The position numbers were made by a program, and so were the translations under genes. From Torpedo marmorata (Eukaryota), in assembly GCA_977017645.1 (NCBI GenBank), contig OZ360219.1, forward strand, positions 125,612,001 to 125,676,000: a stretch of DNA of 64,000 nt. The letters run 5' to 3'. The notes under the pieces are model-generated. The model searched no databases. It saw nothing but the letters and a program-made list of their open reading frames with translations, and was not told where the DNA came from. This document shows positions 1 to 11,491 of the stretch, one piece after another. Every line of letters begins with the position of its first letter. Positions within the stretch are counted from its first letter, which is position 1.

Positions 1-2505
1 AAAATTGCAATAGGTTTGTCAGGCATGATTTTCCTTTAAAGAAACCACCTTGACTTGGGCCTATCGTTTCATGCACCTCCAGGTATTCCATAATCTCATC
101 TTTGAAAATCGATTTCAACAGTTTCCCAACCACCGACATGAGGCTAATAGGTCAATAATTTCCTTTCTGCTGATTTGCTCCCTTCATAAACAGCGATCCT
201 CCAGTCCACCGGAATCATGCCAGACTCCGTTGATACCTGGAAGATTATTACCAATGCCGCCATAATCTCTGCTGCTACCTCCTTCATAACCCGAGGGTGC
301 ATTCCATCCAGTCCAGGAGACTTATCTACCCTTAGACCATTTAGGTTCCCAAGTAGCTTCTCTCTCGTGATCTTGACCGCACTCACTTCTCTTCCGAGAG
401 AGCCATGAGAGTATGCTGCTAATGTCTTCCACACTGAAGACTGATCCAAAATATTCATTCAGTTCCTCTGCCATCTCCTTGTCTCCCATTACTATTTCTC
501 CAGCGTCATGTTCTATTGGTCCAATGTCTACTTTAGTCACTCTTTTTCTCTTTATATATTTTAAAAAGCTTTGATATTACTTGCTAACCTCCTTTCATAA
601 TTCATCTTTTCCTTTCTAATCACCTTCTTAGTTGCCTTCTCCAATTTTTTAAAGTTTGCCAGTCCTCTATCTTCCCACTTATTTTTGCTTCCTTGTATGT
701 CCTCTCTTTTGCTTTTACTTTGGCTTTAACTTCCCCCATCAGCTACAATTGTCTCATTTTTCCATTCACAATTTTCTTTCTTTTTGGTATGTGCCTGTCC
801 TGCACTTTTCTAATTACTTACATAATCTCCAGCCATTGCTAATCTGCTGTCTTCCCCCTTAGTGTATTTTTCCAATCGACATTGGCCAGTTCCTCTCTCA
901 TGCGACTGTAATTTCCTTTACTCCACTGAAATACCGACACATCGGACTTTAGCCTCTCCTTTTCAAATTTTAAAGTGAACTCAATCATATTGTGATCACT
1001 GCCTCCGAAGGGTTCCTTTACCTTAAACTCTTTAATCACCCCTGGTTCATTACACAGCACCCAATCCAGAACAGGTGATCCCCTGGTGGGCTTATCAACA
1101 AACTATGAGGTGTCTGAGGAGATTCGGTATGTTACCGAAGACTCTCGTAAACATCTACAGGTGTACCGTGGAGAACATTCTAGCTGGTTGCATCACTGCC
1201 TGGTATGGAGGCGCCAACTCTCAGAACAAGAATAAACTCCAGAGGGTTGTTAACTCGGCCTGTGACATCACAGGCACCAGACTTCACTCCATCGAGGACA
1301 TCTACACAAGACGGTGTCTTAAAAAAGCAGCCTCTGTCCTCAAAGACCCCCACCACCCAGGCCATGCCCTCTTCACTCTGCTACCATCGGGAAAAAGGTA
1401 CAGGAGCCTAAAGTCAAGCACTCAACGGCACAAAGACAGCTTCTTCCCCACTGCCATCAGATTCCTGAATAATCAATGAACCAAAGACACTGCCTTACTT
1501 TTCGTGCACTATTATTTATATATATTTTTTATAGTAATGTCATAAGATGGTAATAATATGAATGTTTGCACTATGATGCTGCCACAAAACACCAAATTTC
1601 ATGACTTGTTCATGACAATAAATTCTGATTCTGATTCTGAAACTGCTCCAAAAAGCCATCCCATAGGCATTCCACAAACTCTCTCTCACGAGGTTGCGTA
1701 CCGGCCTGACTTTCCCAATCTACAGTACTTTCATGTTAAAATTTCCCATAATTATCGTAATGCTGTCCTTCTGACATGCCTTATCTATTTCCAGTTTGTA
1801 ATTTGTTTGGATTTGTAATCTACATCCCGGCTGCTGTTTGGGGGCCTGTATATAAATGCCATTAGTGTCCTTTTACATTTACCATTCCTTAACTCAACCC
1901 ATAAGGACTCTACATCTTCTGATCATATGTCCCATCTTTCCAATGATTTAATATTATTGCTTACCAGCAGAGCCAAGCCACCCCCTCTACTCCACTGCCT
2001 ATCCTTGTGTGATACACTGTGTATCCTTGGACGTTCAGCTCCCAATGACATCCATCCTTTAGACACAACTCAGTAATGGCCACAGCATCGTACCCTCCAA
2101 CCTGTAGCTCTACTGCAAGATCATCCACTTTATTTCTAAAGCTGTGTGCATTTAAATATAATACCTTTAGACCAGGTTTTGAATGTACTGTGTCTTTGTC
2201 ATCCCTCCGGCTATTATTTTGTCTCGTCTTCTGCCTGTCATCCTTGCTGCACACTATCTTCACTTTACTGCTGTTTTCCCCTTCATCAGCCCTAGTACTC
2301 TGGTTCCCATCTCCCTGCCAAATTAGATTAAACCCTTCTGAACAGCTATATTAAACCTGCCCACCAGGATATTGGTCCCCTCAGGTGTAACCCATCCTTT
2401 TTGTATAGGTTGTACCTTCCCCAAAATGATCCAAGAATCTGAAGCCCTGCCCCCTGCACCAGTGTCTCAGCCGCACATTTATCTGCCTGATCTCACTATT
2501 TTTGC
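1..2505 (-). mobile_element. Degenerate CR1-type LINE (ORF2 endonuclease and RT N-terminal part), interrupted by a Rex1 fragment
   Basis: Minus-strand ORF fragments LKVLYLNAHSFRNK (APE start), GGSDHNMIEF (APE end) and DKSPGLDGMHPRVMKE (RT N-terminus); many stops and frameshifts. Confidence 0.85.
1105..1639 (+). mobile_element. 5'-truncated Rex1/Babar-type LINE 3' end
   Basis: C-terminus ILAGCITAWYG...LLPSGKRYRS...SFFPTAIRFLN and an (ATTCTG)n tail; flanked by AAACT at 1100-1104 and 1640-1644; nearly identical to 13760-14286. Confidence 0.9.
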
Positions 2506-2641
2506 CCGAAAGTCATAGTGCATTTAGCACAACCAAACAAGAACATTTTCTAGGCATAATATCATTAGGTTTAAAATAGAGAATTTCAGATATTCAGCAT
2601 ACAAGGCATAGTTGCATAGTTAACATAAATATTCTTTATGT

Positions 2642-3211
2642 GAGACCCTATGTTATTTTTATTTGGAGATATTAAAAACTTTAGTATTAGACATAAATTG
2701 AATATGTATCAAGTAGAATTTTTACGTATAGTATTAGCAGTTTCGAAAAAATGTGTAGCTATTACTTGGAAATCGGATGTTGATTTAAATCTAGAACGAT
2801 GGCATGCAGAGTTACGGTCATGTATACCATTGGAAAAAATTACTTATAATTTACGAAATAAATATCATTCTTTTTTGAAAATTTGGGGCCCATATACGAG
2901 GATTATGGGTTTAACATTGTGAACTCTCTGGATATTAGACCTACCGGCGAAATAACCTCTAAGATATACTAGTTTTTTAAGCTTATTGACTCCTCGCTCT
3001 ATCTTTCTATCTCTTTTTTTTTCTCTTTTTCTTTTACTATTATTATTTTATTATATCTTAATTAGATTAGGGGGTATAGGGGTTAGGGAGGGGAGGGTGG
3101 GACGAGGGGGGGAGAAAATGTAATCACATGTATTTTTTAAAAATTATATGCAAATTATTTTATGTAATGTGTGATTTAAAAACTTAAATAAAATATAAAA
3201 AAAATATATAT
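2642..3211 (+). mobile_element. 5'-truncated L1-clade LINE 3' end
   Basis: ORF 2650-2922 matches the C-terminus of the L1 ORF2 at 44542-47625; G-rich 3' UTR, AATAAA and A tail; 13-bp TSD ATATTCTTTATGT at 2629-2641 and 3212-3224. Confidence 0.9.
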
Positions 3212-3789
3212 ATATTCTTTATGTAATCTCTGTTAAATATTTTGTTTATATTCTGCCAAAATCTTATCTCCCCTTCCTCACACTCACAAACATTTGGATG
3301 TCAAGTTGAAAATCTCATTACAATGGATTTGTGTCCCATCATTTGAAATGGCATTTTTATGCATGTGAAATGCTTTCTTAAATTTGATTATGTAGATTAA
3401 TGGTCATTTTTATTATTACTTTACAGTTTTTCGGAAAGGTTAGAAATATTCAATGGCAACATGAACAACATTTTTCTTGGAAATTTTTTCTATTAACCTA
3501 CCAAAGTTAAAACATAATCTTTAATTTTCCTTATTTTTAAGAGTATGAAAGTCATGGGTCTGGCTGATCTATTACACTCTGCTGAAGAGACTTATGGGGT
3601 TGTAGGCTAAAGCTTATGACCAACATTTGTTCCAACAACTTACAGAAATAATTTTTCTGATTGACAAGACTCGCCAGACACACTGCAAGCCAGGGCTTGC
3701 TATCTGTTAGCCTTAACATGCTCTTTCACTCCTCATTAATGAGAAATCACTGCAGGCTATTACATTGGACAACAATTTTTTTTCAAAAG

Positions 3790-3850
3790 GTTTGCTTCCT
3801 GAAAAAAAAATTTGTGGATTATGATAGACAACTTCAAGATGAACACAAAG
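3790..3850 (+). CDS. Candidate 61-nt internal exon of an unidentified host gene (VCFLKKKFVDYDRQLQDEHK)
   Basis: T-rich acceptor tttttttcaaaAG, donor AAG|GTAAAA, only one of three frames open, lies in sequence with no recognisable repeat. Confidence 0.4.
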
Positions 3851-4699
3851 GTAAAACAGTGGAAGTTTAGAAGATTTAATTTCTGTCACTTGATGGGATG
3901 TCTTTTTATCATAGAATAGTCCTTTTATTTTGCACAGAATTTGCAAATTAGACTGTTTTTATTCCCTTGCAAAATAAAGATTAACTGAAAGATAAAACAA
4001 GTGGAAGTATAGCTAAAATTTAAGTTATTTATCTGGCATTCATATTTTCAGACTGCAAGCATGAAAAGAATTTTCATTAAAATGTAATCATGTATAATTT
4101 TAATCTATTAAGACTGTGACACCAAGTACAAAAAATAATCCATGGTAATACTACTGTGGCCTATCAAAGTAGTATCCAGGTTCTTTATTAGGTGATGCAG
4201 AATTAGGTGGATGCAAATTGCTTTGGTTTGTGAGGTGGCATATGACATATTCACACCATATTTATGCCTGTTTGAAGTATGCAGAGAAGGCAGACCTTGA
4301 TGTTAATGATTTTACAACCATGATATTCTACCAGTAGTACCAAATAAGACTTAAATGATGCAAATAATGTTACTGAGCATTTCAGAACTCTACACTTCAC
4401 AACTGAAGGATCCATCACCAGCCACCCCTACACTACAATATCATTATTAGAAGCAGCTGAGATCACTTTAATGCCTGTATATAAAAACATAGAAAATCAA
4501 TCTGGGGGTCATTTTAATGCCTTCATATCAAATACAGTAAATCAAGGAAAAGCCAGGTACCTTCAACTTTTCCCGAGACAAACTATGAAAGAAAAAAAAG
4601 TGTGTGTTTCAGCCCTCAGCTAAAGCTAAAGAGTGCAATAAGAATGGCAAAATACAGAACTGTCCGTCCAAGGAAAAAGTTAGTAAATGAATAATTCCT

Positions 4700-6515
4700 G
4701 ATTGAGCCAGTCTTTGAGGCAGGTCTTTGTATTTGTAAGTGTACAAATAAGATGGATTGGAGGCAGAGGAGGGTCTGTCAGTACCTTACAGACAGACTTA
4801 AAAATAATTGAGCAGACATAACAAGAATCTTCAAATATCTCCAAAAAAAATGAAGGAAACAACTGACAAATACAAAGAAGGGAATTCCTGAAATGTGTAC
4901 ATGATATCTTTCTTGATCAGTAATTTTCTAGCCTAGGATTCTTTCAGAGGAAATAAATAGTTCTGTATCAAGATCTGTGTTGCAGTGGGAGAGCTTTTGG
5001 GAATTAATGATCATAATGTCATCAGATTTAGAATTGTTATGGAAAAGGACAAGGCACAACCAAATGAGGACACATTTCACTGTAAGCATCCCATTTCAGA
5101 GATCTGGGCTCATCTGGATTGGGAATAATGTTTGGCAGGTAAAATAGAGGAATAATGGAAAGTATTCAAAAAGGAAAAAGTTCAGTCATAGACAAGACAT
5201 TCCTGTGAGAGTATCAAAATGGCATCCTAGCATGATTACATTGAAAGAACTTGTTACAGAAAAAGGAGGATTTATTCCATATATAAAAAATGCAGAGAAA
5301 GAGATAGGATACCATAGCGATGCAATGAAATGGAAAGACCAAAACAAAGGGATAGAAATGAGAATAGCAGATGCATACAACTGAAAAGCAATTAAAGAAG
5401 GTAAAGCACAAAAGGATTGCTCCTATTAGCAACCACATAGAAAATCATCTTTTGGCAGGCAAAATGCATGGTTAGGGTACAAGATAATGATTTGCAGCAT
5501 TTGTCACAAAAAAAATCTGCTGATCATACTGCCAATAGTAAAGTAGGAAGTGTTAAATAGTGGGACAAAAATTTAAAAAATGAGAAGATATGATGTTGGA
5601 TAATCTTTTTATATGATAATCCATGACAAATTAGAACAAAATAGGGTAATAAATAACAGCTTGTATAGATTAGTAGAAAGCAACTGATTGGGATATTTGA
5701 TTAAACAATCTAAAATTTTCTAAGGTACTACACAGTGTGTGCACATGGACTTTCAAGATTGCCTGGACAAAACAAGATGGAATTGTGAGGAAGAATGAGG
5801 CTTGAGGGTTTAAAGGAACATGAAATATATTTTGTAAAAATTGAATCAGGATATAAGCAGAGGATAATGTCAAATCAGGGTCTTTCAGTCTGAAGGGATG
5901 TTTCCCGTGGGAAACATCAGAAGTTTCATATCAGGGCCCATTGCTCTCTTTAGTACTTACCTTCAGGGCACCATGCAAAACTGCAAATTTCACAGATGAA
6001 ATGAAACAAAAATGCCACAAACAATGAAGATAGCAGCAAACTTCAGGAGGACAGACAGAATAGGCAAAAGGAGTGATCCATGGCAGGCGAGATTAAATTA
6101 TGGATTCTTGTCAGGAAAATAAACCAGGAGGCAATGTAAACTCAATGGCATGATTTTAAATGAGGAGCAGTAGTAAAGAATACTGGGGGCTACATGTACA
6201 TAGTGGGAGAGTCCAGAACCAAAGGGCACAGCCTCAGAATAAAAGGATGTTCATTTAGAACAGAGGTGAGGAGAAATTTCTTGAGCCAGAGGGTTGTGAC
6301 TCTGTGGAATTCATTGTCATAGAATGCCGTGGAGACTGTCATTAAGTATATTTAAAGCGGTTGTGCATAAGTTGTTGATTAATAAGTTGTCAAAGGGTAT
6401 GAAGAGAAGGCAGGAGTATGGGTTAGAGAGGAAAAATACATCCGCCATGGTTTGAATGGCAGACAGACTCGATAGGCCAAATGGCCCAATTCTGCTCCTA
6501 TGTCTTATGGTCTTA
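4700..6515 (+). mobile_element. Old, highly degraded CR1 LINE pieces including a CR1 3' end
   Basis: Remnants such as EFLKCVHDIFLDQ and DHNVIRF; 6200-6515 resembles the CR1 3' ends elsewhere in the window and ends ...ctgctcctatgtcttatggtcttat. Confidence 0.65.
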
Positions 6516-6773
6516 TAAATTGTCGAAGGTGACGTTACATTACTATAATATTAAAAGAAGCATAGTGGACATGTCTTTCTAAATAAAGCTTGTAAAAGAG
6601 GAAATTATTTCAGATAATTTACAAATCATTGGTTAGGCTTCAGCTGGAGAATATCAGTTCTTGCAATAATATTTTGGAAAGGTGTTCTGGAGAGGTTGTG
6701 GAGGGGATTTACTACAGGGAACATGGACATCAGATGTTTGAAAAAGCTAGAAAAACCGAGTTTGTTCTCCACT

Positions 6774-7021
6774 TGATATACCTATCAATAACAGACGCGA
6801 GTCTAGAAGTGCAGGAATTAACAGGCTTTTATTAACAGAATCAAAGCCAGGGCTAGCTATGCCTTGACCTGATGATCCCTGCTGGATTGTCCCGGAACTG
6901 GGGAGGAGTTGCTGGCTCAAGGCCTTTATTCCAGGTAAAGGGGGAGGGGTCACCGGGACAGACAGACAGGTCATGGTCATACCTGCCTCAGGCCACAATA
7001 CATACAAAGTGGTTTACCACA
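6774..7021 (-). repeat. 3' LTR of Gypsy A
   Basis: Direct repeat of 11244-11491, next to the PPT. Confidence 0.97.
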
Positions 7022-7112
7022 TTCACCCCTTCTTTTAGAACAAGTCCAACGGGGGGGGTGAAGTGGATACTGTAAAAAGAAGAAAAAAAAATACATAGAT
7101 AATATACAGTTT

Positions 7113-10100
7113 TTACAGGTCGAGTTTCGCCGGCGGCCGGATTTGCCGCCGTGACCTGCGTAGCGCCAGCGGTGATGGTAGTGGTTGTGGAATGAGGGTA
7201 CGAGTGAGAATACGTGATACCCGCGGAGATGGTTGTGGCTGTGGAATGGGAGTAGGTACAGTAGGGTGGATCTGGGGCTGGTTCGCCTCCTGCCTGGCTA
7301 GTGGCCAGTACAGCTGTGACGGGGACAACGTCGTGCTGGGAGGCGGATGGTCCGGAGGGGGCAGCTGCGACCCGGCGTTCCCGCTGTCGGGGACCTCTTC
7401 AGACGCTCCTGCAGGCGCCAGGTCCCGTATTGACACCGTGTCTTCCCGCCCGTCGGGGAGAACCACGAATGCGTACTGCGGGTTTGCATGGATCAGCTGC
7501 ACCCTCTCGACCAAGGGCTCGTACTTGCTACTCCGAAGATGTTTGCGGAGTAGCACCGGCCCCGGGGACGTCAGCCAGGCAGGGAGTGTAGTCCCGGTGG
7601 TCGATTTTCTGGGGAAGGAAAAGATACGTTCGTGAGGGGTAGTGTTAGTGGCGGTACATAAGAGGGATCGTATAGAGTGGAGGGCGTCCGGGAGAACCTC
7701 CTGCCAGCGAGCCACTGGCCACCCTTTTGCTTTCAGGGCCAGTAGTGTCGCTGTCCATACTGTGGCGTTCTCCCTCTCCACTTGTCTGTTCCCCCGTGGG
7801 TTGTACCCCGTGGTCCTGCTGGTAGCGATGCCTCGGGTCTGCAAGTGCTGTCGCAGCTCCCCGCTCATGAACGCGGACCCCCGGTCGCTGTGGACATAGC
7901 TGGGGAACCCGAACACGGTGAAAACCTGGTGGAGAGCCTTGATAGCCGACGCCGCCGAGGTGTCTGGGCAGGGGATGGCAAAGGGGAACCGCGAGTACTC
8001 ATCGATGATGTTGAGGAAGTACACATTGCGGTTCGTGGAAGGGAGGGGGCCCTTGAAGTCTATACTGAGACGTTCGAACGGGCGGGTGGCTTTGACCAGC
8101 TGTGCTCTGTCGGGGCGGTAGTACTGCGGTTTGCATTCCGCACAGACTCGGCAGCTGCTGGTCATGGTCTTGACCTCATCCAGGGAGAAAGGCAGGTTCC
8201 GTGCTTTAATGAAGTGGAACAGCCTGGTAACTCCTGGGTGGCAGAGGTCATTATGTAGGGAGTATAACCGGTCGATCTGCGCGCTGGCGCACGATCCCCG
8301 GGATAGAGCGTCAGGGGGCTCGTTGAGCTTCCCGGGCCGGTAAAGGATGTCGTAATTGTAGGTGGAGAGTTCTATTCTCCACCTCATGATTTTATCATTT
8401 TTAATTTTACCCCGCTGCTGGCTGTTAAACATGAAAGCGACGGAGCGCTGGTCCGTCAGCAGGGTAAAATGTTTTCCGGTGAGATAGTGCCTCCAGTGCC
8501 GGACAGCCTCGACAATGGCCTGGGCCTCTTTCTCTACCGCGGAATGCCGAATTTCGGGGCCTTGAAGGGTGCGGGAGAAAAACGCTACCGGTCTTCCCGC
8601 CTGGTTGAGGGTAGCAGCCAGTGCGAAGTCCGATGCGTCACTCTCTACCTGAAAAGGTTCCGACTCGTCCACCGCGTGCATCGCTGCTCGGGCGATGTCC
8701 CCTTTTATGAGGTCGAAAGCCTCACGTGCCTCCGCTGCCAGGGGAAACTTGGTGGACTTGACGAGGGGTCGGGCTTTGTCCGAGTAGTTTGGGACCCACT
8801 GTGCATAATAGGAAAAAAACCCGAGGCATCGTTTAAGTGCTTTGGGGGTAACGGGGATCGGAAGTTCCAACAGGGGGCGCATGCGGTCGGGGTCGGGTCC
8901 AATCACCCCGTTTTCCACGACGCACCCCAGGATAGCGAGTCGGGTAGTCCCGAACACGCATTTCTCCTTGTTATATGTGAGGTTCAGCGTCTCGGCCGCC
9001 TGCAGGAACTTCCGAAGGTTCCTATCGTGATCCTGGCGATCATGACCACAAATGGTGATGTCGTCCAGGTACGGGAAGGTGGCAGTGAGCTTGAACTGGT
9101 CAATGATCCTGTCCATCTCCCTTTGGAACACGGATACCCCATTTGTTACCCCGAAGGGAACGCGCAGAAAATGGAATAATCTGCCGTCCGCCTCGAAAGC
9201 GGTGTATACTCGGTCCTCCCGGCGGATTGGGAGCTGATGGTAAGCCGACTTAAGGTCGATGGTGGAGAACACTTTGTATTGAGCAATCTGGTTGACCATA
9301 TCCGCGATCTTCGGCAGCGGATAGGCATCCAGTTGCGTGAACCGGTTGATGGTCTGGCTATAGTCCACCACCATCCGGCTCTTAGCCCCGTTCTTTACCA
9401 CGACTACCTGTGCTCTCCAGGGGCTGTTACTGGGTGCAATGATCCCTTCCCCCAGTAAACGCTGCACCTCCGCCTTAATAAATGCCCTGTCCCCTGTACT
9501 GTATCGCCTACTTTTAGTTGCGATGGGCTTACAGTCAGGGGTAAGGTTGGCGAAGAGTGGCGGGGGTTGGGTCTTTAGTGTGGAGAGACCACAGGTAGTC
9601 TGGGGCGTATTAATTAAATATTGGGGGTTAGTCACAACGATTGGGGGGTGGGGCCCATCATAGTGCATGGTGACGCTACGCAGGTGGCTTTGGAAGTCCA
9701 ATCCCAGCAATACAGGAGCACACAAACGGGTCATGATTAACAATGAAAACTCCCGATATTCCGTGCCCTGTACCACTATATTCGCCACACAACCCCCCCG
9801 GATGTCTGTTGTGTGCGTTCCAGACGCCATGGCCACCCTCTGGCTTACCGGTACAATGGTGAGGCCACAGCGCTGGGCAGTGTCTGGATGGATAAATCTT
9901 TCTGTACTGCCTGTGTCGAACAGGCAGGTGGTCTTATGCCCCTCAACGAGAATGTCCATCATGGATCTGGACAGTTGATGGGGCGCGCTCTGGTCCAGCG
10001 TCACGGATGCCAGGGTCGAGACGAAGTCTTGATCTTGATCCGGTGGCAGCTCCCGTAGCTCGTACGTGTCGCTACGAGGGGGTGGAGCCGGGAGTGCTGG

Positions 10101-11210
10101 AAGTGCTGCGGTGAGGTTATAAAATGGCCGCGCCGGAAATGTAGAGATCGGAAGTGTGGACCAAGATGGCCGCCTCCAGTCCTCACACGAGGTCTCCTCA
10201 GGAAGTGACGTCGGGTAAGATGGCCGCCCCCTCCCGTCGCACGTGGCGCTGCTGGAAAACGGAAGTGCTGCGCGCTGTGATGGCTGCCTCCAGACCTCAC
10301 ACGAGGTCTCCGCCGGAAGTGGAGTCGAGTAAGATGGCCGCTCCCGTACCTCGCACGCGGCGCTGCTCGGACCCGTGCGCGACTTGGAGCGGCAGGCCTT
10401 AGCATAGTGGCCTTTCTTGCCACAGCTAGAACAAGTCGCGTCTCGGGCCGGGCAGCGCTTGCGCGGGTGCTTGTCGAGCCCGCAGAAGTAGCACTTCTCG
10501 GGCTCCCGGGTGATAGCGGCAGCGGTTAACTCACGGGTAGCGGCGGGCACTCGGGCAGCGGCGGCAGCGGCCAACTCACGGATAGCGTCGGCGGCGGCGA
10601 GCGGGTCCCGGTAGACGGCAGCAGCCGTCGCGTTGCTTGTAGGGCTGACGGTTGGGGCGATCCAAGAAGCAGGCTGCGCCTGCATAGCGTCAGCGTTCTT
10701 TAGGGCTGAGTCCAGATTCAGGATGTTCTGGACAGTCGATTTCAGGGTCACGTCGGCGTGTTCCAGCAATCGCTGGCGGATGTAGCCCGACCTGATCCCT
10801 CTTATGATAGTGTCCCTTGCCAGTATCTCGGAGTGTTGCTCAGCCGTCAGGGCTCGACAGTCACACGCCCGTACCAGGAGCATCACGTCCTGGATATATT
10901 CGGAGACCGACTCTCCGGGTCGCTGGTACCGCTGCGATATCCGGTGCCTTGCGAAAATCTCGTTCGCAGGCGTCAGGTACAGCGTTCGGAGGGCGACCAA
11001 GGCATCATCAAAAGTCCCACAGTCTCTGACGGCTCCATACACTCGCTTGCTTACCCTGGACATGAGGATATCGAGTTTCTGCTCGTCAGTAGCTGCTCCG
11101 GACGACCTCACGTAGGCTGTGAAGCAGCGTTGCCAAAGTTCGAAATCGCTTGCAGCGTCTTGGGCAAGGGGGTCAATGTCTAACTTATCTGGCTTTAACA
11201 AATTCTCCAT
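7113..11210 (-). CDS. Gag-Pol polyprotein, 1365 aa from MENLLKPD: capsid, two zinc knuckles, protease, RT, RNase H, integrase
   Basis: CYFCGLDKHPRKRCPARDATCSSCGKKGHYAKAC; LFDTGS; FPYLDD; VESDASD; HNDLCHPG...CRVC; IDFKGP, IDEYSRF, SDRG, QVER; Pro-rich tail with no chromodomain. Confidence 0.95.
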   Translation of the reverse strand: MENLLKPDKLDIDPLAQDAASDFELWQRCFTAYVRSSGAATDEQKLDILMSRVSKRVYGAVRDCGTFDDALVALRTLYLTPANEIFARHRISQRYQRPGESVSEYIQDVMLLVRACDCRALTAEQHSEILARDTIIRGIRSGYIRQRLLEHADVTLKSTVQNILNLDSALKNADAMQAQPASWIAPTVSPTSNATAAAVYRDPLAAADAIRELAAAAAARVPAATRELTAAAITREPEKCYFCGLDKHPRKRCPARDATCSSCGKKGHYAKACRSKSRTGPSSAACEVRERPSYSTPLPAETSCEVWRQPSQRAALPFSSSATCDGRGRPSYPTSLPEETSCEDWRRPSWSTLPISTFPARPFYNLTAALPALPAPPPRSDTYELRELPPDQDQDFVSTLASVTLDQSAPHQLSRSMMDILVEGHKTTCLFDTGSTERFIHPDTAQRCGLTIVPVSQRVAMASGTHTTDIRGGCVANIVVQGTEYREFSLLIMTRLCAPVLLGLDFQSHLRSVTMHYDGPHPPIVVTNPQYLINTPQTTCGLSTLKTQPPPLFANLTPDCKPIATKSRRYSTGDRAFIKAEVQRLLGEGIIAPSNSPWRAQVVVVKNGAKSRMVVDYSQTINRFTQLDAYPLPKIADMVNQIAQYKVFSTIDLKSAYHQLPIRREDRVYTAFEADGRLFHFLRVPFGVTNGVSVFQREMDRIIDQFKLTATFPYLDDITICGHDRQDHDRNLRKFLQAAETLNLTYNKEKCVFGTTRLAILGCVVENGVIGPDPDRMRPLLELPIPVTPKALKRCLGFFSYYAQWVPNYSDKARPLVKSTKFPLAAEAREAFDLIKGDIARAAMHAVDESEPFQVESDASDFALAATLNQAGRPVAFFSRTLQGPEIRHSAVEKEAQAIVEAVRHWRHYLTGKHFTLLTDQRSVAFMFNSQQRGKIKNDKIMRWRIELSTYNYDILYRPGKLNEPPDALSRGSCASAQIDRLYSLHNDLCHPGVTRLFHFIKARNLPFSLDEVKTMTSSCRVCAECKPQYYRPDRAQLVKATRPFERLSIDFKGPLPSTNRNVYFLNIIDEYSRFPFAIPCPDTSAASAIKALHQVFTVFGFPSYVHSDRGSAFMSGELRQHLQTRGIATSRTTGYNPRGNRQVERENATVWTATLLALKAKGWPVARWQEVLPDALHSIRSLLCTATNTTPHERIFSFPRKSTTGTTLPAWLTSPGPVLLRKHLRSSKYEPLVERVQLIHANPQYAFVVLPDGREDTVSIRDLAPAGASEEVPDSGNAGSQLPPPDHPPPSTTLSPSQLYWPLARQEANQPQIHPTVPTPIPQPQPSPRVSRILTRTLIPQPLPSPLALRRSRRQIRPPAKLDL

Positions 11211-11230
11211 CGATTCGTATTTTGTTGAAA

Positions 11231-11242
11231 CTGTTAATAAAA
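11231..11242 (-). promoter_or_regulatory. Non-tRNA (putative self-priming) primer-binding site of Gypsy A
   Basis: Sense TTTTATTAACAG, 1 nt after the 5' LTR, with no TGG; exact reverse complement of the LTR segment CTGTTAATAAAA (11297-11308). Confidence 0.75.
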
Positions 11243-11243
11243 T

Positions 11244-11491
11244 TGATATACCTATCAATAACAGACGCGAGTCTAGAAGTGCAGGAATTAACAGGCTTTT
11301 ATTAACAGAATCAAAGCCAGGGCTAGCTATGCCTTGACCTGATGATCCCTGCTGGATTGTCCCGGAACTGGGGAGGAGTTGCTGGCTCAAGGCCTTTATT
11401 CCAGGTAAAGGGGGAGGGGTCACCGGGACAGACAGACAGGTCATGGTCATACCTGCCTCAGGCCACAATACATACAAAGTGGTTTACCACA
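11244..11491 (-). repeat. 5' LTR of Gypsy A
   Basis: Element sense TGTGGTAAACCAC...GATAGGTATATCA; gag ATG follows after a 33-nt leader. Confidence 0.97.

Larger units (their letters stand above)
6774..11491 (-). mobile_element. Full-length, very young Gypsy LTR retrotransposon A (Mag-like), 4718 bp
   Basis: 248-bp TG...CA LTRs at 6774-7021 and 11244-11491 that look identical; 5-bp TSD CCACT (6769-6773, 11492-11496); PPT AAAAGAAGGGGTGAA; one intact ORF. Confidence 0.97.

Noticed and set aside
7192-11337. Many antisense or alternative-frame ORFs over Gypsy A (likewise over B and Penelope)
   Set aside because: Expected shadow ORFs of GC-rich coding DNA, with no recognisable motifs
11211-11477. 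89-aa N-terminal extension of the 1454-aa ORF running through the 5' LTR
   Set aside because: It starts near the LTR 5' end (presumed U3) and is not conserved as an open frame in Gypsy B; the shared start is MEN(L/F)L
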